From an uncultured Thermoplasmata archaeon (GTDB lineage: Archaea; Thermoplasmatota; Thermoplasmata; UBA10834), in contig CAWBDD010000018.1 in NCBI GenBank assembly GCA_963787465.1, positions 29,612 through 93,611 on the forward strand: a stretch of DNA of 64,000 nt, in the 5' to 3' direction. The notes beneath the pieces are model-generated. The model searched no databases and had not been told where the DNA came from. It saw nothing but the letters and a program-made list of their open reading frames with translations. Within the stretch, counting starts at the first letter, position 1. Each line of letters opens with the position of its first letter. Made by a program: the position numbers and the translations under genes. Positions 9,957 to 20,046 of the stretch are shown in pieces.

Positions 9957-10544
9957 ATGAGGCGCTTCGTTGTCCTCGGCCACAGGGCGATAACATCGGC
10001 CGACTTCAAGCTCGACGACCTGTGCGGGTCGACTGGAAGGCTGGACATACTCCTCAGGTGCGTCAACTCCGCGTTCTTCCTGTCCCACGGGATCAGGAAG
10101 GATGTCGAGATATCGATGATGCTCCTCGGCGAGCCGAACCCGCCGAAGACCATCAGGATCGACGGGGGTGAGGTCAAGTACCTCAACCCGGACGAGCGGA
10201 GCACAGCGGCGCTCATAAGGAACGCGCTGTTGCAGAAGGGCACTGGCGAGAGGAGGTGCTCCCCAGGGATATACGTCTCGGAGCGCAGCTACAGGGAGGT
10301 CCTGTCCAACATATCCAAGGAATCCAAGATGTTCTACCTCAAGGAGGACGGAGAGGACATCCGCAAGGCCGAGCTCGGACCCGACTGCACCTTCGTCCTC
10401 GGGGACGACCAGGACCTGACCCCTGAGGAGGAGGCGATACTCATGGAGCACGAGCCGAAGAAGGTCTCCCTGGGTCCGATAAGCTACCACGCGGACCACT
10501 GCGTGACGCTGGTCAACAACGAGCTGGACCGCCGGAAGGTCTGA
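9957..10544 (+). CDS. trmY: tRNA (pseudouridine54-N1)-methyltransferase TrmY (DUF358/COG1901)
   Basis: 195 aa SPOUT-like protein (MRRFVVLGHRAITSADFKLDDL..GRLDILLRCVNSAF). Size and motifs match archaeal TrmY. Confidence 0.75.
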   Translation: MRRFVVLGHRAITSADFKLDDLCGSTGRLDILLRCVNSAFFLSHGIRKDVEISMMLLGEPNPPKTIRIDGGEVKYLNPDERSTAALIRNALLQKGTGERRCSPGIYVSERSYREVLSNISKESKMFYLKEDGEDIRKAELGPDCTFVLGDDQDLTPEEEAILMEHEPKKVSLGPISYHADHCVTLVNNELDRRKV

Positions 10545-10547
10545 CCT

Positions 10548-10916
10548 TCAGCCGGCGGGGCTCTGTTCGGGTATGACGATGCCGGGTGGCACTTCATCGC
10601 CGTTGTCCTCTCCGGGCAGGGTGTCGTACCTCACGACGAACCTCCCGTTCATGAACCTGATAGATGCGGACCTCAGCCTGCACCTGTACAGCCTGACCTT
10701 GCGGCCCTTGTAGACCTCCTTCTCCTTGTCGACGCTCAGGAGCCCTACGGATTCGAGCTCGTGGATCCGCCTGTAACAGGCCGCTATGGGTATCTGGCAG
10801 ATCTTCGAGAGCCTCTGGGCGGACATCGGGGCGGAGTACGTGCTGACGAGTATCTTCTGCGAGTAGTCGTCGGCCAGCAGCTTCGAGACCTCTTTGGTCC
10901 TCTGCTCGGGGGTCAT
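10548..10916 (-). CDS. winged-helix (ArsR-like) transcriptional regulator
   Basis: 122 aa. HTH segment LSKICQIPIAACYRRIHELESVGLL. Paralog of 5823..6212. Confidence 0.55.
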   Translation of the reverse strand: MTPEQRTKEVSKLLADDYSQKILVSTYSAPMSAQRLSKICQIPIAACYRRIHELESVGLLSVDKEKEVYKGRKVRLYRCRLRSASIRFMNGRFVVRYDTLPGEDNGDEVPPGIVIPEQSPAG

Positions 10917-11001
10917 TCCGATCGATTTGATTGAGGGGGTTGACCGTTTAAGCAGGTTCGCGTCAGGTTATCAGCGTTGATAACTCCTGGCATCCCCGGC
11001 C

Positions 11002-11649
11002 TCACTGCCAGGCATCCGACGGGATCGAGATGTGGTTCTTGGGGTAGGCGAAGACCGAGAACGGGATCGTCACGGTGAAAAGAGTCAGTGGCCATATCGC
11101 GCCATAGGCGAGCGGCTCGAGGAACTCGATCCGGTCATAGGACGTCCAGCAGTAGATGTCGATGACCACGAGTAGTATGACCATCGTCAACTTCCAGTAT
11201 ATGGCGATCGCCCGAGGTTCCCTCGTCAGGAACGCCAAGAAGGTGACGCCCATCGCGATGGTCGCGGAGGCGAAATACCCCACGACCACGGGGAGCCCTT
11301 CGGTCCTGGAGCTGGTATCGACGCTCTCCATCTCGGAGGGGACGTAGACCAGCATAAGGGCAAGGACGATGACGCATGCAGAGAGGACAGCCGCCTTCTT
11401 CAGCACGCCGACCGCCCCCGGATATCTCATCACCACGATCGCGATGACCGCGGTCGAAACCAGGAGGACCAGGGAGGCCGCGGCTGGATAGAATGCCAGA
11501 GCGGCGACGTTCAGCACACCCACGAGCAGGACGAGCGCCCACCGGGCCTCACGGGAGGTGACCAGGACGGACGGTCTCCTGACCTTCCTCCGGATCGGGG
11601 TCGCCCGCATCCACTCAGGGATAGCACCCTGAGACGCATCACTGCTCAT
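11002..11649 (-). CDS. hypothetical polytopic membrane protein
   Basis: 215 aa with about 6 hydrophobic helices. No recognisable motif. Confidence 0.5.
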   Translation of the reverse strand: MSSDASQGAIPEWMRATPIRRKVRRPSVLVTSREARWALVLLVGVLNVAALAFYPAAASLVLLVSTAVIAIVVMRYPGAVGVLKKAAVLSACVIVLALMLVYVPSEMESVDTSSRTEGLPVVVGYFASATIAMGVTFLAFLTREPRAIAIYWKLTMVILLVVIDIYCWTSYDRIEFLEPLAYGAIWPLTLFTVTIPFSVFAYPKNHISIPSDAWQ

Positions 11650-11769
11650 CGCACCACGAGAGACAGAAGCGCTGGAGGCGTTATCTAACTTGTCCTGGCA
11701 TGCCCGTCACACCTGAACGCGAAAGGATTATCTCCCAAGGACCTATCTCCACCTGGGGAAGGGCATCCG

Positions 11770-13107
11770 ATGCCAGTCTGTCCTATAGATTTCAGGTACG
11801 GTCGCCCGGAGATGAAGGCGATATTCGACGAGGAGACGAGGCTCCAGAAGCTCCTCGATGTAGAGGCGGCTCTCGCCCAGGCACATGCCAAGGTCGGGAA
11901 CATCAAGCAGGACCACGCTGACATCATCAAGAAGACCGCCTCGACGCGCTATGTCAAGCCAGAGAGGGTCCAGGAGATCGAGAGCAAGATCAACCACGAC
12001 GTGACAGCAGTCGTACGCGCCTTCAGCGAGCAGTGCGGCGAGAGCGGGAAGTATGTCCACGTCGGTGCGACCTCCAACGACATAACCGATACCGCCCACG
12101 CGCTCCAGATGAAGGAGGCAGTCCGCATCATAGACGCCGACCTCGGCGCCTTCAAGAAGACCCTGGCCGCCCGGGCCGCGGAGCACAGGGACACGATCAT
12201 GGTCGGCAGGACGCACGGCCAGTACGCCCTGCCTATCACATTCGGGCTCAAGGTCGCGAACTACGCCCTGGAGATGCACAGGCACCAGCAGCGGCTGAGA
12301 GAGTGCGCCCCGAGGGTCCTCGTCGGGAAGATGAGCGGGGCCGTAGGTACGGGAGCCGGATTCGGGGCAAAGGCATCCGAGATCCAGGCGGCGACCATGG
12401 AAGTCCTGGGTCTAGGCATCGAGGAGGGGCCGACCCAGATCGTCGCCCGCGACAGGTACGTCGAGCTCATGTCGGTCCTCGCCAACATCGCGACCTCCCT
12501 CGAGAAGTTCGCGACGGAGGTCAGGAACCTGCAGAGGGGCGAGATCGGAGAGGTCTCCGAGCCGTTCGACGACGTGTCCCAGGTCGGGAGCTCGACTATG
12601 GCTCACAAGAGGAACCCCGTCACTGCCGAGAACGTCTGCGGACTGTCGAGGATCGTCCGCGGCTTCATGTCCCCGGCCTATGAGAGCGCCATCCTGTGGC
12701 ACGAGAGGGACCTGACCAACTCATCCGCCGAGCGGTTCTTCATCCCGCACTCGTTCATACTCGTCGACGACATGCTCGTGAAGATGGACGGCGTCTTCGC
12801 CGGACTGGTCGTCAACAAGGCCCGCATGGAGGAGAACCTCTCGCGCGCCGGGAGCGTCATCATGGCCGAGTCAGTGATGCTGACCCTCGTGAGCAAGGGC
12901 ATGGGCCGGCAAGATGCCCATGAGCTCATCCGGAAGACCAGCATGGAGGCGCAGAAGGCCGGAGCTGACTTCAAGCTACACCTGGCCGCGAACAAGGCGG
13001 TGGCCACCCTCATGTCCGAGAAGGAGATCGGGGCCGCGCTGGACCCGAGGTCCTATCTGGGCACATCCAAGGCCACCGTCGACCGCATCCTCAAGACGGT
13101 CGCATGA
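11770..13107 (+). CDS. purB: adenylosuccinate lyase
   Basis: 445 aa. Fumarate-lyase family signature region (GSSTMAHKRNP) and PurB-type N-terminus (FRYGRPEMKAIF). Confidence 0.95.
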   Translation: MPVCPIDFRYGRPEMKAIFDEETRLQKLLDVEAALAQAHAKVGNIKQDHADIIKKTASTRYVKPERVQEIESKINHDVTAVVRAFSEQCGESGKYVHVGATSNDITDTAHALQMKEAVRIIDADLGAFKKTLAARAAEHRDTIMVGRTHGQYALPITFGLKVANYALEMHRHQQRLRECAPRVLVGKMSGAVGTGAGFGAKASEIQAATMEVLGLGIEEGPTQIVARDRYVELMSVLANIATSLEKFATEVRNLQRGEIGEVSEPFDDVSQVGSSTMAHKRNPVTAENVCGLSRIVRGFMSPAYESAILWHERDLTNSSAERFFIPHSFILVDDMLVKMDGVFAGLVVNKARMEENLSRAGSVIMAESVMLTLVSKGMGRQDAHELIRKTSMEAQKAGADFKLHLAANKAVATLMSEKEIGAALDPRSYLGTSKATVDRILKTVA

Positions 13108-13195
13108 CGACGGACCCGTCGCCAGACAGGATCAGAGCGAGGAGAGTCCTGAGGAAAGATAGAAATACCATGGCCATTCTCACGAGGAACCACAC

Positions 13196-13267
13196 GGGCC
13201 GTTAGATCAGCGGAAGATCGCTTGCTTCGCAAGCAAGAGGCCGTGGGTTCAAATCCCACACGGTCCA
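13196..13267 (+). tRNA. tRNA-Ala (anticodon CGC)
   Basis: Hand-folded cloverleaf: acceptor GGGCCGT/ACGGTCC with the G3:U70 alanine identity pair and discriminator A. D arm GATC-AGCGGAA-GATC. Anticodon loop TTCGCAA. T arm GTGGG-TTCAAAT-CCCAC. CCA is not encoded. Confidence 0.85.
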
Positions 13268-13629
13268 CTCGCCACCTTTCTTCGTCGACCGCATCTCGTA
13301 CCACTGCCCCTCGCGCTTCCTGAGAAGACGACATCCTGCATGAAGAACCGCATATGGAATCGTCACGCCATCTCGAATGATATCCTGGCTATCCGTCCGA
13401 GGCATGACCCCAGGCGCGGCAAGCCTAGACAGATTCTTGTAGGGATGTGGACATTGACCGTGTCAGGAGTGGAAATGGCGTGATTAGAGAGGATACCAGG
13501 GACATACCGGCACTCTTCACGGCGTTGGCAATGGTCTTAGGGGAATCGTTCTGCGTGAACATGCACCCTTCCTGGACCATCCAGACAGGAGAATAGTGCA
13601 CGAGAACAGACCGAGATTGGAGGAATCAC

Positions 13630-14562
13630 ATGTCATCGGACGAAGGCCTTTCGAAGGGACAAGCACCGGGGAACCGGGTTGGTCCCGCCGTCAAGATGAT
13701 GGCGGTCGCAGTCGCAGCAGTCGTGATCTCAGCGGTCCTTTTCATCTACCTCAGCCCGGACTACTCCTGGGACTCGTCAGTCAGAGACACAGACGGAGAC
13801 GGGTATGCCGACGCAAATGATGCGTTCCCTGACGAACCGACAGAATGGTTCGACAGCGATGATGATGGGACCGGCGACAACTCGGACGAATTCCACGACG
13901 ATGCGTCAGAACAGACCGACACCGATGACGACGGAGTAGGCGACAACAGTGACGAATTCCCAGAGGATCCCGAGGAGTCCACTGACTCGGACGACGATGG
14001 GGTAGGGGACAACGAGGACGAGTTCCCAGACGACCCGGAGGAGACCGACGACACTGACAACGACGGGGTGGGAGACAACACCGACGAGTTCCCGGATGAC
14101 CCAGAGGAATGGGTCGACAGCGATGGAGACGGCGTCGGTGACAACTCCGATGACTACCCAGACGACCCGACGCAATGGGAGGCGGAGACTCCGACGGCAG
14201 CGATTGTGAGGACGACAATCGCCAACGGTGTCAGGATCACGATCGTGACGATAGAGCCGCAGGTCTCATGGACGCTGATCACCATTACCCTCACAGACGG
14301 CACTGATACTGCCACCTGGACGGAAATCGACGCGGGAGAGCTCGACGACGGAGTGGCCGCCATCTCAGACTGTGGGGCGCAGTCCCTGGGTTCGACCGAA
14401 GTGAATCTGACCGTATTCGATATAATGGGAGATGGCGAGATTGGCTATGCCGACTTCTTCAATCTTGTCGCCATCTCCTTCTTCGCCGGCACGACCTACA
14501 CGGTCCAGATAGTCTATGAACTCACGGGTGAACCGATAGCGACAGGGTACTTCACTGGATAG
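13630..14562 (+). CDS. membrane-anchored protein with thrombospondin type-3-like calcium-binding repeats
   Basis: N-terminal TM helix (probable start at MMAVAV, 13696). About 5 tandem D-x-D-x-DG-V-G-D-N-x-D-E-F-P-(E/D)DPEE repeats. C-terminal beta-rich domain. Confidence 0.6.
   Translation: MSSDEGLSKGQAPGNRVGPAVKMMAVAVAAVVISAVLFIYLSPDYSWDSSVRDTDGDGYADANDAFPDEPTEWFDSDDDGTGDNSDEFHDDASEQTDTDDDGVGDNSDEFPEDPEESTDSDDDGVGDNEDEFPDDPEETDDTDNDGVGDNTDEFPDDPEEWVDSDGDGVGDNSDDYPDDPTQWEAETPTAAIVRTTIANGVRITIVTIEPQVSWTLITITLTDGTDTATWTEIDAGELDDGVAAISDCGAQSLGSTEVNLTVFDIMGDGEIGYADFFNLVAISFFAGTTYTVQIVYELTGEPIATGYFTG
13845..14170. repeat. imperfect tandem repeat, about 63-66 bp unit x5 (encodes TSP3-like repeats)
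   Basis: The unit gacgacggagtaggcgacaacagtgacgaattcccagaggatcccgaggag recurs with variation about every 63-66 bp. Confidence 0.7.
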
Positions 14563-14619
14563 GGCACCGGCATCCCGCACTCGAAAATGACTTAACCGAC
14601 CTCGCGCAATCCCCGTGCG

Positions 14620-14907
14620 GTGAGTCTACTGGTCCGTTTCGACAATGGCCCCTTCGACGGCAAGCTCCGCAGGTTCGTGACGAGCTTGGTCCTCCCGGTC
14701 TCAAAGGACAGGACGGGCGAGTGCAGCCGATGTGGCGCATGCTGCAGGTTTCTGGTCGCCTGCCCCTTCCTCAAGACCATTGACAACCCGCCAGGGTTCC
14801 GCTGCACGGCGTACATCATACGACCCCCTCAATGTAGGAAGTACCCCCGGTCGAAGAAGGAGCAGGTCCACCAGCCTTGCGGCTACTCGTTCAAGGACCA
14901 CAGGTAG
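14620..14907 (+). CDS. YkgJ-family Fe-S/zinc cluster protein (CxxCxxCC)
   Basis: 95 aa with CSRCGACCRF...C cysteine cluster typical of COG0727/UPF0153. Confidence 0.45.
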   Translation: MSLLVRFDNGPFDGKLRRFVTSLVLPVSKDRTGECSRCGACCRFLVACPFLKTIDNPPGFRCTAYIIRPPQCRKYPRSKKEQVHQPCGYSFKDHR

Positions 14908-14930
14908 GTGACAGTCCCCAGGACCTGTGC

Positions 14931-15673
14931 CTACCTCATGACCCCGAACCTGTCCCGCGACGCGATGATCCCGTCTATGAGGTCAGCTGGTTCTATGACC
15001 AGTCCGTACCGTCCGTAGTACTTCTGCAGCGCCGACAGCCCCCTCTCGAGGTACATCCTGGCTTCCGTGAGATGCATCCACGGGTTGTCGCCTGTCCTAT
15101 CCACCCTCAGCCCCTGCGAGAGGTCGATGAACCATGGCTCCCCCCTGTGGATCAGTATGTTGTAGGCGCTGAGGTCGCTGTGGACGACTCCCGCTTCGGC
15201 AAGGGCGATGACCCCCGCGAGCACATCCTTGAGGGAGCCCTCGGGGTCCTCGAGCCTGACGTCGTTCAAGCCTAGGCGCGGGCCCGTCCTCGTCGCCGAT
15301 GAAGCGCATGCTGAACATGTTCTCCACCCTGCGCGCCGGGGCCGGGACTCTGGCACCCTCCCTTGAAGGCCTGGCGGGTGAGCTCGTACTCCCTAGCCGC
15401 CAGCCATCCCATGGAGTCGGCCTTGACCGGGCCTCCCCCCTTGTGGGAGGTCCTGAACATGCGGTACACCTTGACGGCGATCGGGGCGCCATTGTACAGG
15501 CCGAGGTAGACATCCGCTTCCTTGCCTGCGCTGATCAGGCTCACTATGTCTGTCGCGAGACCCGACGATAGTATGGCTTCGGTCGTCGACCGATAGCCGC
15601 GCTCGCTTGTCTCGAGCATCCCGTGCTTGATCTTCCACGCGACGCTCGAGTCCAGATATGGATCGTTCGGCAT
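14931..15673 (-). CDS. RIO-type serine/threonine protein kinase (two apparent frameshifts)
   Basis: Three ORF fragments in different frames carry consecutive RIO motifs: ISAGKEADVY...APIAVKVYR; GARVPAPARRVENMFSMRFIGDEDGPAPRL; VHSDLSAYNILIHRGEPWFIDLSQ. Confidence 0.7.
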
Positions 15674-15885
15674 TCCAGTGCTCTTGTGTGTGATTGGGCG
15701 TTCAGAAAGCTGGCACACTGGCACGCGGGAACCGGCGGAATCCTCACAAGGCTCCCGGTGCGTCGACTAGAACCATCTCGGACATCATAACCGGGAACCT
15801 CCTGGTCTCAAGACCAAATCCTGCAACGGCCGGACGATACATTAAGCTTGCGCTCTGGCCGACCTTCGTCCGAAGGTCGGACCGG

Positions 15886-17820
15886 TCACTTGAACCTCAG
15901 ACCCTTCGAACGGCTCTTGAGCAGGACGACCGCGACTGCGACCCCCGCTGCTGCAATCCCTCCGACCGCGATGTACACGATCGGATCCATGCCGCCGGAG
16001 ACTGGCTCCAGGTCGAACCAGAGCGGGTTGGCACTCCAGAAGTTGTCTATGCTCCTTCCTGGCTCCGCCGCCCAGTCGCCCCAGCCCGTGAACATATCGG
16101 TGCGCCAGACGTAGGTCTGGTACGGATATGCGAGTATGATGTACGCCGCGTCCTTGTAGTGGATCCTCTGGCACTCATCCACGTACGCCTCGCGGGCCGA
16201 GGGGTCCATCGAAGCCACAGAGGACGAATAGTTCGAATCGTACGACTCGTTGGAGTACTTGTTGTCAGACCACCCGTTCCACGCCTTGCTCGACTGGCAG
16301 AACAGCATGTAGTTCGGGTCGACATCCGCGCTCCAGTACCAGATCATCAGGTCGTAGGCGTACCCGTAGACCACCACCCCGAGGTCCGCCTCGTCGAGGA
16401 CCCTGTAGTCGATCGACACGCCTATCTCTCGCCACTGGATCTGCAGGTACATCGCGATCTCCCTCTCCTCAGGGGAGCTCGACCTCACGAGCATCTCGAA
16501 GTCCAGGGGTGTCCCCTCCGATACCCAGCCCGCCTCGACGGCGAGGCTCTCGTTCGTCGCGACGCGGACGAGCGGGCTGTCGTTCGTGTACCTGTATCCT
16601 GCCTCTTCAAGGATGTCCGCGGCGATCGTGAGGCTGAACGGGTACTTCTCCGCGCCTGTGGGTTCGTAGTGCCAATCCTCGTTCACGGGCGAGATGAGGG
16701 TGGTCCCCTCCTCCGCGTATCCCCCGTAGAACAGTTCCACGATCGATGACTTGTCCGTGGCCGTGGCGAGGGCGCGCCGGACCGCCGGGTCCAAGCGTGA
16801 AGGGTTCGGCCCTCCAGAGCCCATGTTTATCCCGACCTCGGTGAAGTACTGTGTGCATCTCAATCCGTCGAACGCGACGGCGTCGGGTATATCCCCGGAC
16901 TGTATGTCCGCCAAGAGGGAGTCATACTCCTCGGAGGGGAGCTGCGCCACATCCAATTCCCCGTGTTCGATTGCGCTGGACATCGTGTCCGAATCGGAGA
17001 AGAAATGCAGCTCGATCCTGTCGAACTTCACCTCCTTGCCGTGGTCCGCGAGCCAGTGATAGTCGGGGTTCCTCAGGAGCGTGATCGTCCCACCGCTCTC
17101 CCACTGCTGGTATATGTCGGCGGTCGCCATGAACGGGCCCGTCCCGACGATCGGCCGCTCGGCATCCTCGAACACGCCGTTCCACACGAAGGCGAGCTCG
17201 GACACCCCCATGTCCTCGATCCAGTGCCGCGGCAGCATGGGGATCCCGAGCATCCCGCCATAGGCAGCTGGCTGGGGCTCTCCCGTGACCCTGTCGAAGT
17301 AATGGACGCGCGCGGTGAAGTCGTCGACTCTCTCCGCATAGGACATGTAATAGGAGTACGGCTGGTTCGCCCACATCGAATCGTAGTTCTCGGCGTTGAG
17401 GTTCATGTAGAACACGAAATCGTCGACCGTGAACGGCTCTCCGTCGTGCCATTTCGCGTTCGGGGTGATCTCGTATTCCCAGACGGACCCGAACGGCTCC
17501 CCGGAGAGGACCAGCTGCGGGTCCGTCCCTGGGACCGCATCCGCCTCCTGGACGAGATTACCTACCGTGTTGAAGTTGCCGTCGATGCATTGGGGGTTAT
17601 CGTAAACGAGGCCGTAGAAGACCCAGGAGGCGTCAGAGACCCCTATCAGAGGGTTGAGGCTGTCGATCCCCTGCAGGAACCCTATCCTCAGCACAGACCC
17701 CCCGTCGTCCTCCGCGCCTGCCGAAGTGAAGGAGGCCGCCATCGGAGCGAACACGACCGCCAGCAGTCCCAGCACCACCCCCAACGGCCTGCCCGCGAGC
17801 TTAAGTCCGGATCCGCCCAA
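15886..17820 (-). CDS. ABC transporter substrate-binding protein, family 5 (oligo/dipeptide), C-terminal TM anchor
   Basis: 644 aa. Signal peptide, SBP_bac_5-like domain. C-terminal hydrophobic anchor plus KSRSKGLRFK, as in archaeal lipobox-less SBPs. Confidence 0.85.
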   Translation of the reverse strand: MGGSGLKLAGRPLGVVLGLLAVVFAPMAASFTSAGAEDDGGSVLRIGFLQGIDSLNPLIGVSDASWVFYGLVYDNPQCIDGNFNTVGNLVQEADAVPGTDPQLVLSGEPFGSVWEYEITPNAKWHDGEPFTVDDFVFYMNLNAENYDSMWANQPYSYYMSYAERVDDFTARVHYFDRVTGEPQPAAYGGMLGIPMLPRHWIEDMGVSELAFVWNGVFEDAERPIVGTGPFMATADIYQQWESGGTITLLRNPDYHWLADHGKEVKFDRIELHFFSDSDTMSSAIEHGELDVAQLPSEEYDSLLADIQSGDIPDAVAFDGLRCTQYFTEVGINMGSGGPNPSRLDPAVRRALATATDKSSIVELFYGGYAEEGTTLISPVNEDWHYEPTGAEKYPFSLTIAADILEEAGYRYTNDSPLVRVATNESLAVEAGWVSEGTPLDFEMLVRSSSPEEREIAMYLQIQWREIGVSIDYRVLDEADLGVVVYGYAYDLMIWYWSADVDPNYMLFCQSSKAWNGWSDNKYSNESYDSNYSSSVASMDPSAREAYVDECQRIHYKDAAYIILAYPYQTYVWRTDMFTGWGDWAAEPGRSIDNFWSANPLWFDLEPVSGGMDPIVYIAVGGIAAAGVAVAVVLLKSRSKGLRFK

Positions 17821-17952
17821 TCGAATGCACCTCCTCGCCTGCCCGAGGTCGATGCCCTTGACCCGGGAGGGCGACGCGCTCCGCTACTGGCATCGTACCC
17901 TCCGTATTTTATGATTCCCGGTCTGAGACCCCTCGGATGACGGCGACCCGCG

Positions 17953-18960
17953 TCAGCGCCTCCGAAGCTTCGGGTTGAAGATCTCGTCAAGCGCGTACCC
18001 GACGAATGTGAACCCGAGCACCACGAACACGATGCATAGGCCTGGAACCAGTATCCACAGGTAGAGCTCGTTGATTATCGCATATCCGTCCACGGCGTCC
18101 TGCAGCATATTCCCCCAGGTCACCACCTGGCTCGGGTCCGGTCCCAGCTTGATGAAGCTCAGGGTGCTCTCGGACAGGATCGACAGCGCGACGGTCAGGA
18201 TGCTGTTCGCGAAGACCAGAGGGAACACGTTCGGAAAGACGTGCTTCCTCACGATGTAGTAGTCCCCTGCGCCGATCGCGCGCGCGCGCTCTATGAACGC
18301 GCGCTCCTTGATCGACAGGACCTGTGCCCGGACGATCCTCGCCGTGCTCGACCATCCTGTGATGCCTATGACCACCACGACCTTGGTCACGCTCGGACCG
18401 CCTGGCAGGACCGTGGCGAATACGATCATGAGGACGAGCCACGGGATGACCAGGAACACATCCGTCACCCTCATCAGGACCTCGTCCTTCCATCCGCCCC
18501 AGAAGCCGCTGAGGAGGCCCACCACGGACCCGAGGCCCATCGAGACGACCGTGGCGACCAGCCCGACCTCGAGCGAGACGCGCGTTCCGTATATCGTCCT
18601 TGCGAGTATGTCGTATCCCCTTAAGTCGGTGCCCAGCCAGTGCTCGGACGATGGCGCTATGCCCGCCCCGACCGGCGCCACCTCGTCGAAGGGCCCGTAC
18701 GCGTCCTCCCACCCCCCTATGAGTGAGAAGATGAACATGAGCTGCCCCGCGAAGACAGCCATCACGACGAAGACCATCAGAATCACGAGCCCGAGCATCC
18801 CAACCCAGTTCCCGCGGAATATCTTCCAGGTCTGCCCGGTCTTCCTCCTGAAGAGCATGACCTTCTCGATCGAGGGGTCCGATACGCGAACCGCCTTGAG
18901 GACGGCTGCAAGCTTGCTTGCGCGCTCCGGCAGCGTGTCATTCTTGTCCATCTGTATCAC
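17953..18960 (-). CDS. ABC transporter permease (OppC/DppC-like)
   Basis: 335 aa, 6 TM. BPD-transporter signature region (..ERARAIGAGDYYIVRKHVFPNV..). Confidence 0.9.
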   Translation of the reverse strand: MIQMDKNDTLPERASKLAAVLKAVRVSDPSIEKVMLFRRKTGQTWKIFRGNWVGMLGLVILMVFVVMAVFAGQLMFIFSLIGGWEDAYGPFDEVAPVGAGIAPSSEHWLGTDLRGYDILARTIYGTRVSLEVGLVATVVSMGLGSVVGLLSGFWGGWKDEVLMRVTDVFLVIPWLVLMIVFATVLPGGPSVTKVVVVIGITGWSSTARIVRAQVLSIKERAFIERARAIGAGDYYIVRKHVFPNVFPLVFANSILTVALSILSESTLSFIKLGPDPSQVVTWGNMLQDAVDGYAIINELYLWILVPGLCIVFVVLGFTFVGYALDEIFNPKLRRR

Positions 18961-19940
18961 CCCAGCTTGACCCTGGGGTCAAGGTATACCATCAGCACGT
19001 CCGCTGCAAGATTGGCGAATATCACCACAATCGCGATCAGGAAGAACGCGGCCTGCAGGACCGGGAAGTCGAGCTGGTAGGTAGCCTCGACGGTGGCCCA
19101 GCCGATGCCCGGATAGTTGAACACGACCTCCGTCTGGAAGGCCCCTCCGACCACGAACGCCATGTCTATCGCGATCAGCGCCACCATCGGGAGCATGGCA
19201 TTCGGCACCGCATGGTGTCGGAGCACCTGCGTCTCGGTCAGGCCCTTCGCCCGAGCGGTGGTTATGTACTCCTCGGTCATGACGTCGATGAGCGAGCCGC
19301 GCATGATGATCGAGAACGCGGCGATGCTCCCCACAGTCAGGCTGATCATCGGCAGGAAGAGGTGCTTCAGCATGTCCACGATGGAGTCGACTGTGTAGGA
19401 GAAGTCGGTCCCAATCGTCAGGGCGCCCCCTGACGGGAACCACGGGAGCTCTATAGCGAACATCACTATCAGCATCATCCCGAACCAGAATGTCGGCATC
19501 GCATAGAAGAACAGGGAGAAGGCGAGCGAGCTCGTGTCGAACCAGCTCCCTCTCTTCCATGCGGATATCACCCCGATGGACATGCCGATCAGGACCATGA
19601 GGACGGATGAGGTCCCGGTGAGCAGCAGCGTCCACCTGAGATTCTCCAATATGAGGTCGGTGGCCGCAGTGTTCCGATAGATGAACGAATCACCGAAGTC
19701 CAGCGTGAAGACGCTCTTGAGATACTTCACGAACTGCTCTGGCAGCGGGTCCAGCAGCCCGTACTTCTCGATGAGCTGCTCCTTGTACTCCTGGGGTATC
19801 TTCGGGTCGTTCGGGACCATCGTATTGATCGGGTTCCCGGGCATCATCCTGAAGAGAACGAAGTTCAGCATGACGACGAGCATCAGGGTGACGAGCGAGT
19901 TGAGGACCTTTCGCGCGATCAGTTTCGTAGACCGTTTCAT
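18957..19940 (-). CDS. ABC transporter permease (OppB/DppB-like)
   Basis: 327 aa, 6 TM. Signature region TARAKGLTETQVLRHHAVPNAMLPMV. 4-nt overlap with the downstream permease. Confidence 0.9.
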   Translation of the reverse strand: MKRSTKLIARKVLNSLVTLMLVVMLNFVLFRMMPGNPINTMVPNDPKIPQEYKEQLIEKYGLLDPLPEQFVKYLKSVFTLDFGDSFIYRNTAATDLILENLRWTLLLTGTSSVLMVLIGMSIGVISAWKRGSWFDTSSLAFSLFFYAMPTFWFGMMLIVMFAIELPWFPSGGALTIGTDFSYTVDSIVDMLKHLFLPMISLTVGSIAAFSIIMRGSLIDVMTEEYITTARAKGLTETQVLRHHAVPNAMLPMVALIAIDMAFVVGGAFQTEVVFNYPGIGWATVEATYQLDFPVLQAAFFLIAIVVIFANLAADVLMVYLDPRVKLG

Positions 19941-20046
19941 GGTGGTTCACGTCCCTGCGGCCACTGGCATCTCAGCTAGCAGCGTTCCCGCAGACGATGG
20001 ATACAAATGGGAAGGGGTTTGGGTTCTGTCCCGCGTCGTATCCGCC

